DNA of 63,406 nt, filler included, from Licmophora abbreviata (taxonomy: Eukaryota), in assembly GCA_900291995.1 (NCBI GenBank). It is 9 parts of 9 records of this genome, joined end to end, with 100 filler letters (N's around TTAATTAATTAA, not from the genome) between each part and the next. Parts side by side here need not be neighbours in the genome. Positions count along the whole stretch, not along the records: positions 10,008 to 30,376 come from OLMU01004251.1; 8 more parts are not named here. One strand, 5' to 3'. How positions within the stretch are numbered: the stretch's first letter is position 1; each line of letters begins with the position of its first letter. The translations under genes and the position numbers were made by a program. This document shows, piece after piece, positions 10,180-21,929 of this stretch. The notes under the pieces were generated by a model, which saw only the letters and a list, made by a program, of their open reading frames with translations, did not search any database and was not told the origin of the DNA.

Positions 10180-13100
10180 ATGTCTCATAGAAAAACAACA
10201 AGAAGAAAAAGCGAAACAGCGCTGCTGGGAAACCCGAGCAATACTTTCGGCAGACGAAACACTACGACGGACACTTCCTCAGCAATGACACCTCCCGCTT
10301 CGCTCAGCGCCCCGAGTGCCAATACGCCTCCCTCCGAAAGCCGTGCGAAAAGGCGATGGATAGAAACACTTCGGGTCATACTGCACGATCAAGATGAAAA
10401 GAAACGACGCTCGGCTCGAAACTTGATGATTCCTTCTGCCGCCAATCATGCTGACAAACAAGACAGCAAGGATGAGGTGGGCGAGCATGTGGCTCGAACA
10501 CTGAATCATACCACTGAATTTTCTTGGAAGAAAGAGTTCGATGACCAAGCCAGCTTGGTTTCAATGAACACTGGTGGGCAGGAGACGAATGCTCGTTTTG
10601 TTGGACCTATTTTGAGTGCTCAGAATATTGGAAACTTCAAGCGATGGTTTGCTCGAATCGAGTGGGCGCCGCAAGAGATGATCCCTACTCTGGCTGGATT
10701 CATGAAAAACTCTTGGTTCTCATTCACTCGATATCGAACAACCCTCCGAACATCGTTGCAAGCACTGGGGCTCCTGCTTGCCTTTTCTATTGGAATGACG
10801 GTATTTTTGTTTTTCAGAATCACTATTTGGTTCGCACGGTCCGTATTCACCCTAGTGAGCTTTCTTATGTCGCTTTTGGTTGACTTGGAGGAGCTACAGG
10901 CATGTTGCCCCAAAGCTCTTGTGTGGACGTGGGCCTTACTTTTGGCGGTAGGCCGACTGATCGACCGCACCTTTTTGCTGGGTGGATGGGTTGGAGGTCG
11001 CGATTGGGATCGGGACACGCATTTAACGATCGGAGGACCATGCTGTCCAAGTCGGCTCGATCCTCTTTGGAAGTGTCCGCCGCCCTATACCGTCAAGCTC
11101 GGTCGACGAGACTGTATGGATGCGGAAGAGCTGACGAGAGCGGAGCCGCACTGGAGTAATGCCACGATACATCATGTCATGGCGATTCATTTTTGTTACA
11201 TCATGATGCATGACGAATTTCGTCGGAAGCAAGCGAAACGGGAGTATTCGAAAAGAAGGGATAGTTCCTTTACACACAAGTCTTCAGGAGATTGGGACTT
11301 GGAAGAGACTCGGGAGGGCGAGTCCGAATCGATACCCACCAAGGGATCTGAAATGAGCATGTCCGATTTGTCCAAAACACTCGCGGAAGGCGACTGTGAC
11401 TCGTCATCGGATGAAATGGACCTGTTGCTTCCTCAGTTAGATTTGAAAACTACGTCGTCGCAGGAGACTCAGCAGCGCAGTGGGGGTAGACGTAGACCTA
11501 GAATACAAACACTGTCGGTTGCAGATGGACCTGGTGTCGAGGAAATCGAGGTCATCGAGGGACAGCGCTCGTCACTGGGTAATCGCATCGCGCGCTCTCG
11601 ATCGCATGCGGACGTTTTGGAAAACGACCGTAGATTTCTCGATCCGCTGCTCGAATTGGAAGACGAAGGGCACCGGTCACAGTCGAGCTCCCCAAGTACA
11701 CAGCAACCCGAGAGTCCGCCCCAGCGTCACAGACGCTCCTCGTCGCATGGTACCACCTTGACGAATGACTCCGATTTTGATGATGAGCTGGACTGGTTAG
11801 ATGTTGGCACTCGTATTGGTATGAGATTACTGAACTCCGAACATATTCAGAGGGCTGTTGCTTCGCAGGACACCGCCGAGCGTATCATGGATATTAGCAA
11901 GCAAGTGGAGAATTCTTTGATGCAGAACGGGATCGAAGAAGGCATGGATGCCGTTCAGATCGTCGAACAGGACAGCCCACCGTACTCACCATCGATCCGT
12001 TCAGTCACCGGACACTTCTCCCCTCCTCCGCCACCGAAACCTATTCATTCGATGTGGACGTCTCCAATATCGGCGTCCAAACAGAACCCGTCCATATCAG
12101 GCTTGTCGGATGACCAGGATACCAGTGTGTCTCTCACTTCTAGAAACGAAGGAAGAATGGTGCGTGTGCTTCAGAAAGATCAAATGCCATCTTCTCCGGT
12201 GGAGATCAACTCTGTTAGTGATGCGATCGGCATCGACGACCACAGCGAAGCGTATTCGGGAGCAAAGTCCGCACAGGAGCGTCTTTTCGAATCAGCAGAG
12301 CTCCAAAATCCGAGCCCCGGACCTAATGAAGTGGCTCGAAAGGATATTCAATTGTCTTTGCTCTCGACTCCGTTCGAAGCTGATCGATGTGACGATTCTT
12401 CAGCGAGTGTTTCTCCGTCAAGACTTTCGAATCGAACACCTCTTCTCCCGGAGGGGGTCAAGATTGTTGTTCCGATTTTTCCTCTTCAACCAGGAAATCA
12501 CGTGGGCAAAGGGGCTTCGCAAACTAGTAGCTTGCAAATGGGAACCGTGGTGTCGAGTAGGAGAATACTGGTGCGCGGGAGAGGGCAGCGAGTACAACAC
12601 ACCATGGGATACACAAACTGTCTTTCGATTACCACGAAGCTCGATAGGTCATTCTTGAGGAATGGAGAGTTCGCTGAATTGACGCTACGAGTAATGGACG
12701 AATGGGACTCCCATTTCATGCCCAGGCATTCAAAGTTCCCTGTCGGTACATGTGTTGCTACTACATTTGGTGTTGGTGTACTCGTTGGATGGCGCGTGGA
12801 AGACGATTGTCACGTAGTGCGATCGCTATGGACGCGTCGAGCCCCTGGCGCCGGTTATGCCTATTTGAATCGAGAGGCTCTCCATGGTGTTGTGGTGGCT
12901 GCTGTTGGATTCAATGTGCAGACACCTCTTGGGCATGGAATGGTTGTCGCGTACACCAACGGCGGGAAAGATTTTCGACACGGGCGTTATTTTGTGCAAA
13001 TTCTCGAAGATGGCGGCCGTCACCACGGAAAGATTCTTGAGTTCCAACGGAGCGACATTCTTTCTTGTGACGGCGCTCGCTTTGTCCCAGTGATAGAACA

Positions 13101-16100
13101 CATTCGAGAAGCTGCTGCATTCCAGATTCGAGTCGATACGTATGAATCGGCGCTTCGAAGACAAGCCTATCATGGAAATGAGATCTTGTCGAGAGATGAG
13201 AAGCTTCGACGGCTGTGGTCTCGTGGTGCTGAAACAATATGGGCGAGCTTGCTGAAGGCGCTAGAGGAAGACAGAGACTTTGACGATGGTATGAATGAAT
13301 TTGTGAGTTCTCTCATAGCATTTTTAGATCGACTGGAGGAACCAGAAGCAAGAATGGGCGCCTCGGGCGAAACACCGAGCGTCGATCCGGGTGAGGAGAA
13401 AGATTTTGTCGATTCACATGTGGTAGAGGGTCCTCAAGATCATGGCGCTTGGCTTCTCACCGATGTCTTTGGAGGAGCACTCTGTTTGTCCGAGGATACA
13501 GGCATAGAGCATATGGAGCCGGAGCCGCAGCCACCTGGTCCTTCTGTTGACTCCTACGAAAGAGTCTACTCAGTTATTCGAGTTCTAATGCGAGCGACTA
13601 ATATTGCGCGTGCATCGAGTCCAGATCAACCGAACTTGAGATTGGGACTATCTGCGTGCTACGAATTCCTACTCTTTGTTCGGACAGTTGTGAGAGTTCA
13701 ACAGAAGAACACTTCGCCCCATTCGATGGAAGTCTGGAAACTTGCAGTGGAGGAAATAGCGTCGATCTTGGGTCCAGTCAAAGAGAGAGTAGAAAACATT
13801 GGCCTAGGGATTGCTGAGCGAATGGAGAGACAAGGGAAGCGTGCAAAGGTTCGAATTCTTCGATTCGTCGATATTGTATTACTTGACGAAGACTTGCTTC
13901 AAGCCGTTGCGAGTGGCGACTGGTCTCTGTGCTTGGAGAGGTTGGAAGATGCTATGGTCAAGGCTAGAATCATGGATGAGGACAGTCGAGAGAACTATCA
14001 CAAGACAATTATGTTCATCTACGGTCATGTTGCTCCTACAGCACTTGAAAGCGATGCAAACAAAGTGCGATCTGACGACATACTGCACCACTTTGCGTTA
14101 GCCCTGACTCTGCTGGCTTCGCCCCGACGCTCGATACTGAAGTTTATCTGCCAAGATGACGTGTTGGAGATTCTGGAAAGGGTCCTGGTTCGCGTTTTCC
14201 ATCACCACAAGGACGCGTCGCGAATGCTGACAATACATGCCGCAAGTTTCCAGACAGTTCGTCAGCTGCGAATGCTGAAAGATTTCTCTTTTGCAGCGAA
14301 GCTCTGGATACCTTTACTTGACGCAGCAGACGCAGAATTCAGCTGCGTGGTGTCCAAAATGTCAGGACAGGCTCATGATCTGCTGCGTCCTGTTGCGATG
14401 CTACTATCGATGTACGTTCGGCAATGCCACAAGATCGCTGACGGCAATCTGACGATTGACTGGCTGGATTTCCTTATGGAAGATGATGCAGTCAAACTCA
14501 TTCAAGAGATCGATATGAAATTGATAGCGTTACTTGGAGTTTTCTCTCGTCATCTGAAAGAGTTCATGGTTGTTCTACCCTACTACTCCAGGTATGACCG
14601 GACCCGGACTGGACAATCACTTTTCTGACGTTGTTACCCCACTTACTTATTTTCTGTTCTGCTTTGCAGTATCGACGATGATATCTTAAATCTGATGGAC
14701 GAAGTTGATCTCGATGAATTCTTGCGGGAGGCATCCGACGCCATTGGCGACAGCGAAAGATTGGCTGAGTTCATACGACAGAAGAGCACGATCGCTGTCG
14801 AACGATTCCTGGTACGTTTTGCTCCAGGCACTGCGGCAATGTGATCAGCGCAACAAGTCATCTTACAAAGTACCTGTTTTCCTAAATTTCAGGATTACCT
14901 TCCAAAAATGTCCATCCCCGTCGATCGTCGAGATGTCGGTGACGGATGGGTTCTGACTTGCCGAGGGGAAAACGGTGGCGACCTGACCCTTTCGGACGTT
15001 GATATCAACCGAGAAAATCTGACATGCCAAGTTCTGGGGAGCGATAATTTATTTTTCCCGATGTTTGGTGACGACACCAGCGATGTTGGCTCAGCATCGG
15101 GATCGTCGGTGTTGTGGGGGGAATCTTTGCTCCCCTCTTCTACACCAACGGTATCAGAGGTATCCGTCCTCGACCAGATTCGGGATGTTTTGTTGCATGC
15201 CCGAAACAGTGGATACTGGCTAGAGGGGGTCGGGGGAGTTGACAAAGTAAGTTCTGGTTTGTCGGAGCTTCTCATGTTTGCGCAGAAAGATGCTAACTAC
15301 TGATGTTCGCCGAATAGACACCATCGGATAGCTACGTTGCGTCAGTGCTGCAGGGGCTGCCTGTGACATCTGTACTTGACTGTGCTATAGAACTCTGGCG
15401 AAACCTAGAAATGGATGACGACGAGCTCATGGAGATTGTGATTCTAGATGTTTCGTGTCAGATGAAACTTGTTGGAGCATTACCGCGGGAAAGTGCCGAT
15501 TCTTCGATGGTCGGCAATAACGCAACAAGCGGAAGATCAATCAGAGAGGAGCCGGTTCCTATGCCCCAGAACATCATGGAGGAAGATCATGCCACAGATG
15601 TGAAGCAAGAAAATTGGAGGAGTCAGAGGCACCGTCGCTTCAATCCCAGAGTTGACCCCACAGTTTTGTTCTTGGAAATGAGAAACTTGACTCTTAGCCT
15701 TGATCGGTAAGCGCATTTGTTGATATAAGATGTGTCCCCCCTTTAAGCTTCTTGTTCTCACTCTCTAGATCTTCTTGTTCTGTCAGCTTTCATTTCCGAA
15801 TCGAGAAGGCGGAGCGCAGAACTATCTTCGACCCAATCTTCGAAGGCCGTGGCACTGTTTATGTGAGAAATATACGAATCAAGCTTCGCGTAGAATGCAA
15901 GAAGCGACGGATGTCCAAACTTCGATCTGATCCCTTTATACCATTCTTGCATGTGAAGGACCTTGAAGTTGGGCTGGAGAAGGTAAAGTTCAAGGTCAAA
16001 GACACAGGCGCGGATTGGCTTCTCAATAGCCTTGTCAAGGGCCTTTCGCGAAACATTACTGAGGCAGTCGAGGAGAATCTTCAAGAGCAAGTGACAGCCA

Positions 16101-16307
16101 ATCTTGACTCACTCATGGAGAACTTGGTACGTATACGCTACACGACTGTGTTAAGCGGCTGCTACGTCTCCCTACTAGCTTACCCCTCTCCGTTGTCCTT
16201 GTACGTAGAACTCGCACTTTGTTGTGAATCCAGATCTCATGTTGAGTATTCTCGGAATTACTATGGGTGATCTGGAGGAAAGCACCATCTGGCCAGAAGG
16301 AGAGTAG
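10180..16307 (+). CDS. Large (~1911 aa) uncharacterised membrane-anchored protein; exons 10180-14591, 14670-14811, 14893-15246, 15318-15706, 15787-16126, 16209-16307
   Basis: Five GT-AG introns join the consecutive ORFs in frame (5736 nt in total); hydrophobic segments near aa 195-260. Confidence 0.75.
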
Positions 16308-16394
16308 CGCACATCAGGGCGAACAGCATGCTGTCATTATAAGATCTATAGGCTTAGAGGCTCGTCATAGAGTCGGTCGTCTCGCTTTCAATTG

Positions 16395-17866
16395 TTACAG
16401 GTCGAAGAAGGCAAGTCCCAGTCTTCTAGCCACGTTCTCGTAGCCACCGAACTCTTGAATCTGTTCGTGCAGACCGATTCGCTCATTTTTCAACAGCTTC
16501 CTCTCACTTGGCATTGCGATTACCGGTTTCTTCAACGGTGCTCGCCTCTGCATTTGATCGTCCCGCACAAACTGAAGGAGCTCCACCGCAAAGTCAATGG
16601 AAAACGGACCCCAATTCATGGCGGCGTACTCATCGATCGAAGTTGAATAAGAGAGACTCAGTCTATTCGATAGAAACTTTCGACCGCCATATTGCTGAAT
16701 CAGGGCGTAAAGTGACTCGTATCCATTTCGCTGAATGGAGGTTGCCGAAGGAAACATTGTTCGATCACCATTGCAGAATTCATCCAAATAGTCTCTCAAC
16801 TCCATAAATAGCTGCAATTGCCCTTCAAAGTAGTGCCACTCTGGATACGGAACCAACCTTGCCATGCGGCAAATTTTAGAAGCACCTCCAAAGCGACGAA
16901 TGGCCAGCTGCAAGTCCTGTCGACCACAAGCATTCAGTTCAGCAGATCGGGGCATCCACGCTTTGGGTCGCCGATGCGTTGTCGGGCATTCATCGAGATA
17001 GTCAAACCTAAGATGAGCAAGTGAAGATACTTCAGCAATGAAATGATCAAATGAGTGATAGTTCAGAAGCTTTCGCACACGTACAGTTCCTGGATCGTCC
17101 CTTGAAGAGTCCAGTATCCCTTGGGCTTTCGGCCAGGTCGATGCATCCATCGAGCAGTTTCGTTTCGTCTAGTAGCAGTTCGCTTAGACTCCTTGAATGT
17201 TTGTGCTTTCTTCTGACCAGGCGAAAGCGGAGACTGACTTGCGCTCAAGGCGTATTTCCCTTGTCGAATCAGCGTCTGCAGCTCTGGACTCCCCTGCACA
17301 GCTCTCTTCCAGGTACCCGACAGGATCGGGGCATCACCCAGTCGGTGCGATAAGGCTTGCCGTCCGCCATATAGGACGATTGCGTATCTCAGGTCGTGCC
17401 GCTCAAAATAATTCAAAAGAGCTTCATTGGGGATACGGGGAGGTGCGTTGCTGGCGACGATATCCGCGTACTCGTCGTCGCCCAACAAGTCGGACCAAAA
17501 TGTGGACAGCTCCTTATGGACGTTCGATAGTTCGCTCCAGTAGTGCGGTGGATGCCGATTCCTTGGCTTGCGTCTCACTTGCCGTCTGCGCTTCGGAAGG
17601 GGCAACGACGAATTTGTAACACTGTTTGTGGCGGCTGCCAAGCTGACGCGTAAACCACGAAGCGTTGGAGCTGGCGGACCATCCGAAGCCGACGGTGATG
17701 TGGGCCGTTGTGAGAGTTTATTGTTGAGAACCATCAGGGCTCCATGAGAACATCTGAATATCTGACAGCTCACTAGAAAGACCAAGACAGTAGACATCCA
17801 CGCTGGGGCATCGAGAACACGCCAAGCCTTTATTCTATTCCGCGACGGCAAACTCGAAAGCATCAT
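16395..17866 (-). CDS. Repeat protein with MP..EL...GR.DL..AI...GG units; intron 17084-17008
   Basis: Four copies of the repeat plus RKPKGYW/PPHYW motifs; GTACGT...TTAG intron joins QEL|FDYLDE. Confidence 0.7.
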
Positions 17867-18085
17867 CACCTTGGTACCTACATCACGCTCTGGTTGCTGT
17901 GTTGTTGCAGCGTTATGCGGAAATGTTTTTTGGCGCGCCAAGTTTGTACTTTTGGAACGTTTTGAAAAAAAATATAGAACATTTCGACCAGAAGCATCAA
18001 AAAGATCAGAAATGTCAAAATGCCAGAAAGTTCGTCATTGGTCATCCGCGGGGCGCCAAAAAGATGCCACCGATTTTGAACATGC

Positions 18086-19450
18086 ATGCATCGCCATCAT
18101 CGCACCATCACAATGCACATGAGAAACGCATCTTTGATCGCATTGCTTCGTATCCCTCCATCGCTTGCTCTTGCTATGCCTCACAGTACCATGATGAGAC
18201 AATCCGAACGTAGTCTCCCAGCCTTTGCCTTGGAAGCTGCCATCCGAGGCAGCATTCGCATCCTTTCTCACAACGACGCCCATGTCGACACGAAATGCAA
18301 TGTCCTCGAAGAGCTGTGCAGCCTCACCAAGATTCATCGTCACCGTAAGGGCAAAGCCACTACCGCGGTCCCAGCTCTGTCCACAGCGTCTCTCTTCGAG
18401 AAAGCTGGTGGCTTTGCAGTTCTGATCGACCTCCTTCGTCATCGTACGACTGACGCACGGCTTGCCAGTTCCACCATGGAAGCCGCAGGCCTTCTCCTCC
18501 TGTTTGACGACACTGCCGACGCCAACAAGAAGGCGTTTCAACGGGAGGGGGGCATCGATACGGTCTTGTCAGCGACTGCGAAGAAGACCCGTCACGAGGA
18601 CGACAACAAGGTTCTACAGCTACTACTACTTCGCCATGCCGTGGTCGTCCTACACATTCTCATCCACACCCACGACAAGGGCATTGTAACCGAGATGATC
18701 GAACGAGACGGTATCACTGCTGTTGTCTTCATCATGAAAACTCTCCCAGACGATAGCAAGACCCAGCATGCTGGATGTATGTTCCTTATGGAGCTCATCT
18801 CGAGCTGCTCGTCCATCACACGGGTCCACGATGCCGTAGCCGCGACTTGTGCCACTCGAGTCGTCGTCCGAGCTCTCCTCGTCCATCGTCAGGATGATCG
18901 CGTTCGATCGACTGCCCTCTGCACCATTCGCGACCTTTCCATGTTCAGTGCAAAAGAGAGTCTGGCTATCATTGCCAATGGAGGACTCAGTGCTGTCGTG
19001 TCTCTCTTGAAACAATTTCCCACCAGGTTCATGCACACCAATGCCTGTCGAGTCGTCGAATACCTCCTCCAGTACGGACATGTAGACAAGGTGGTCGATT
19101 CCGGATGTATCCCTCTCATCGTTTCGGGACTCAGGCAGAGGAGGACGGACGAACTCACTCAGAGCTGTGCCTGTACCGCACTTCGTCTCCTCGCTTGCCA
19201 TAGCGACGACGGCAGGGAGGCTATCGCAGACGCGGGAGGTATCCATCTTTTGTCTTGCCTCCAACGCAACAAGAATCTTACAGTACAAGGACTGGCGCGT
19301 GATGCACTTCACGCCATTGCAGCATCGAAATACCCGCCCTCCCAGTCGCGTGCCGCGATGGCTCTTCATCAAGATGACTCCCAGACTTGCCCTCCTATTC
19401 GTGCTACGACTGGTGACGTGGAGCCCGACCTCATATCCTGCGTCGACTAG
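18086..19450 (+). CDS. Armadillo-repeat protein
   Basis: Repeated GGI..V/GG..A.V units, e.g. IIANGGLSAVVSLL and IADAGGIHLL. Confidence 0.75.
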   Translation: MHRHHRTITMHMRNASLIALLRIPPSLALAMPHSTMMRQSERSLPAFALEAAIRGSIRILSHNDAHVDTKCNVLEELCSLTKIHRHRKGKATTAVPALSTASLFEKAGGFAVLIDLLRHRTTDARLASSTMEAAGLLLLFDDTADANKKAFQREGGIDTVLSATAKKTRHEDDNKVLQLLLLRHAVVVLHILIHTHDKGIVTEMIERDGITAVVFIMKTLPDDSKTQHAGCMFLMELISSCSSITRVHDAVAATCATRVVVRALLVHRQDDRVRSTALCTIRDLSMFSAKESLAIIANGGLSAVVSLLKQFPTRFMHTNACRVVEYLLQYGHVDKVVDSGCIPLIVSGLRQRRTDELTQSCACTALRLLACHSDDGREAIADAGGIHLLSCLQRNKNLTVQGLARDALHAIAASKYPPSQSRAAMALHQDDSQTCPPIRATTGDVEPDLISCVD

Positions 19451-19734
19451 GGTCGGCCTACACGACCTCTCGACACATGAATCAATGGAAGCTACAGTAC
19501 CGGATTTGTCCGCCTTGAAGAACGACAAATGAAAAACGTGGTGCATCCATCTGAGCGAGACGAATCGATCACGATACGCGAGCATGCACGATGCACTGGC
19601 AAGAGAAGTTCGAGCATCGAGATGCTCTATGCGAACTTACAGAACTTAGAAGTAGTAGAGTAGAGATAGACAATGTTGAAAACGACCCGACCGTGATCGA
19701 ACACAACTCGACATGAGCTAACCTCGCTCGCTAC

Positions 19735-20603
19735 CTAGCTCTTTCCGTACACAAGGTTCAGCGTATCCTTTGTGGTAAGCTTGAATCCATTCAATCCCTG
19801 CAGTGCCAATGTCGCATGCGGTTCATCATCAAATTCGATAAAAGCCAGCCCTTGCCTCGGGACGCGAACCTCCTTGAATCCCTTGTACTGCCGAAACAGC
19901 ATTTCCAACATCATACTATTGCACTCTTCTGGAAGCTCTTGCGCAAAGAGAATATGGGATGGTAGTGTCGTCTGTTCAGGTTGCGCATTAGATTCTACGA
20001 CGGCAGCATTCGTCGCTTCTTCCGTGGTATCTTTCGCCGCATCTTCCTCGCTCGCTTTCGTAGGTGCCACTACTACCTTTCGACGCTTGGCCTTGGGCAC
20101 GTACGTGCCATCCCGTTTGGAGATCCTATCACTCTTTTCGTTGGCATAGTCTGCCTTGAGGTCCTTGCCAAAAAAGGTAAATCCATTCTCTGCTTGCAAC
20201 GCCAGAGTGGCAGACTGCACATCGTCAAACACCACAAAGGCCTGGCCCCTCAGTCCGTCTCGACGCAGCGCCACAACTTCCAGAACCTGATGGATAATAT
20301 GAGAAGGAAGCCAATAGGATAAGACACGAGAGACTTGGCAACGGGAAATAAGTTCGTCCACGTCGGCTACACCTCGATCAAGAAAGCATGGCGGGAAATA
20401 CGCCGATTCCAACAAGGCCATGTCTGGCAGTCGCTCGTCAAGAGTCCATCGAGAGTCACCGCATCAAGACCAAGACGCACCTTGCCATGACGGCTGAACA
20501 ACGAGTACAACGCCCTTTTCAGAAGCGCCTTTTTGATTTTCCAGTCAATGTTGGATACATAGAGCGTAGCGTTGGGCTGCTTGACAGCCAGTGAATCCGA
20601 CAT
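19735..20603 (-). CDS. U1A/U2B'' snRNP protein (two RRMs); exons 20603-20481, 20286-19735
   Basis: PNATLYVSNI..LYSLFSRHGK|VLEVVAL..RGQAFVVF; second RRM HILFAQELP..LAFIEF. Confidence 0.92.
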
Positions 20604-21008
20604 CGGGACGAAGGCAAGCAGAGTAGGAGATGAAGGCACAGGGCAACTCTCGCGGTCCACGATGGTAAAGTTTGCGGAGTACTCGGAGTATGATATACGC
20701 GCCTTTTCCGTGGCGGCAGGAGACGCACAGACAAAATCTCGAACAGATAGATTTTATGAGGGACACTACTCTCACTCTTTCTAAGAAAATCATCATAGCG
20801 GACACACACACACACACACTGTCTGGCCGTCGAGCAAAACGAAAATCCTTGCGCTTCGATCCGTCTCGATGGACAATGGACACACACACAATGCGCTCGA
20901 CCAGCTCCAAAATACCAACGTTGCTGTCCTTGATCGTCGTCTCTGGTGCTTCAGTCGAACACTACCTGCCTGAAGAAGACCCCTGTGATCCCCTAGACTG
21001 ACGTTACC

Positions 21009-21837
21009 ATGTATTTGACCAGGTCCGAATACGATCGTGGCGTAAACACGTTCTCGCCCGAAGGCCGCTTGTTTCAAGTCGAGTATGCCATTGAGGCCAT
21101 CAAGCTGGGCTCCACGGCGGTGGGACTGCAGACCAAGGAAGGCTGTGTCTTGGCAGTCGAAAAGCGTTTGACCTCGCCCTTGCTAGATCCGGCCAGTGTT
21201 GAGAAGATTGCTGAAATCGATGCCCACATTGGTGCAGCCATGAGCGGACTCGTCGCCGATGCTCGAACGCTGGTGGACCATGCACGTGTTGAGGCACAGA
21301 ATCATACCTTCACGTACGACGAGCCGATCGGTGTGGAGGCCCTAACACAAGGTATTTGAAGGCTGTATTAATACGTATGTGGATAATGTGAACGCGCGTC
21401 CTTGGGTCTCACTTCTCTCTCTCCCCCACCAACCCCTCATAATAGCTGTTTGTGATTTGGCCTTGAGTTTCGGAGAAGGACAGGATGGAGACGAAAAGAA
21501 GAGAATGTCTCGTCCCTTCGGAGTTGCACTCTTGCTTGCCGGCTGCGATGACTTGGAGGGGCCGCAACTCTTCTTCAGCGACCCCTCGGGTACGTTTGTC
21601 CGCTACAAGGCCAAGGCCATTGGCGCCGGTGCGGAGGGAGCGCAAAGCAATCTAGAAGAAAGTTATTCGGAGACCATGACGCTGGTCGAAGCAGAAGAGC
21701 TGGCCCTGTCGACGCTCAAGGAAGTCATGGAGGAGAAGATCTCGACTGACAATATTGAACTGGCACGCGTCACGCCAGACAAGGGATTTCACATTGCCTC
21801 TGTCCAGGAAGTTGGGGAAGTGCTGGATCGACTGTAA
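21009..21837 (+). CDS. PSMA5: 20S proteasome subunit alpha type-5; intron 21352-21445
   Basis: [44 protein letters not shown]. Confidence 0.96.
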
Positions 21838-21929
21838 GCAAGAGAGATACATTTTGTCTGGCTAAAAAGAATACAAATGCGTGGTGACACAAGTAGTTCG
21901 CGAAGGTGATACTTATTTAGACCTTTCAA

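Noticed and set aside
20803..20890. (CA)n tracts between U1A/U2B'' and PSMA5
   Set aside because: Ordinary short microsatellites
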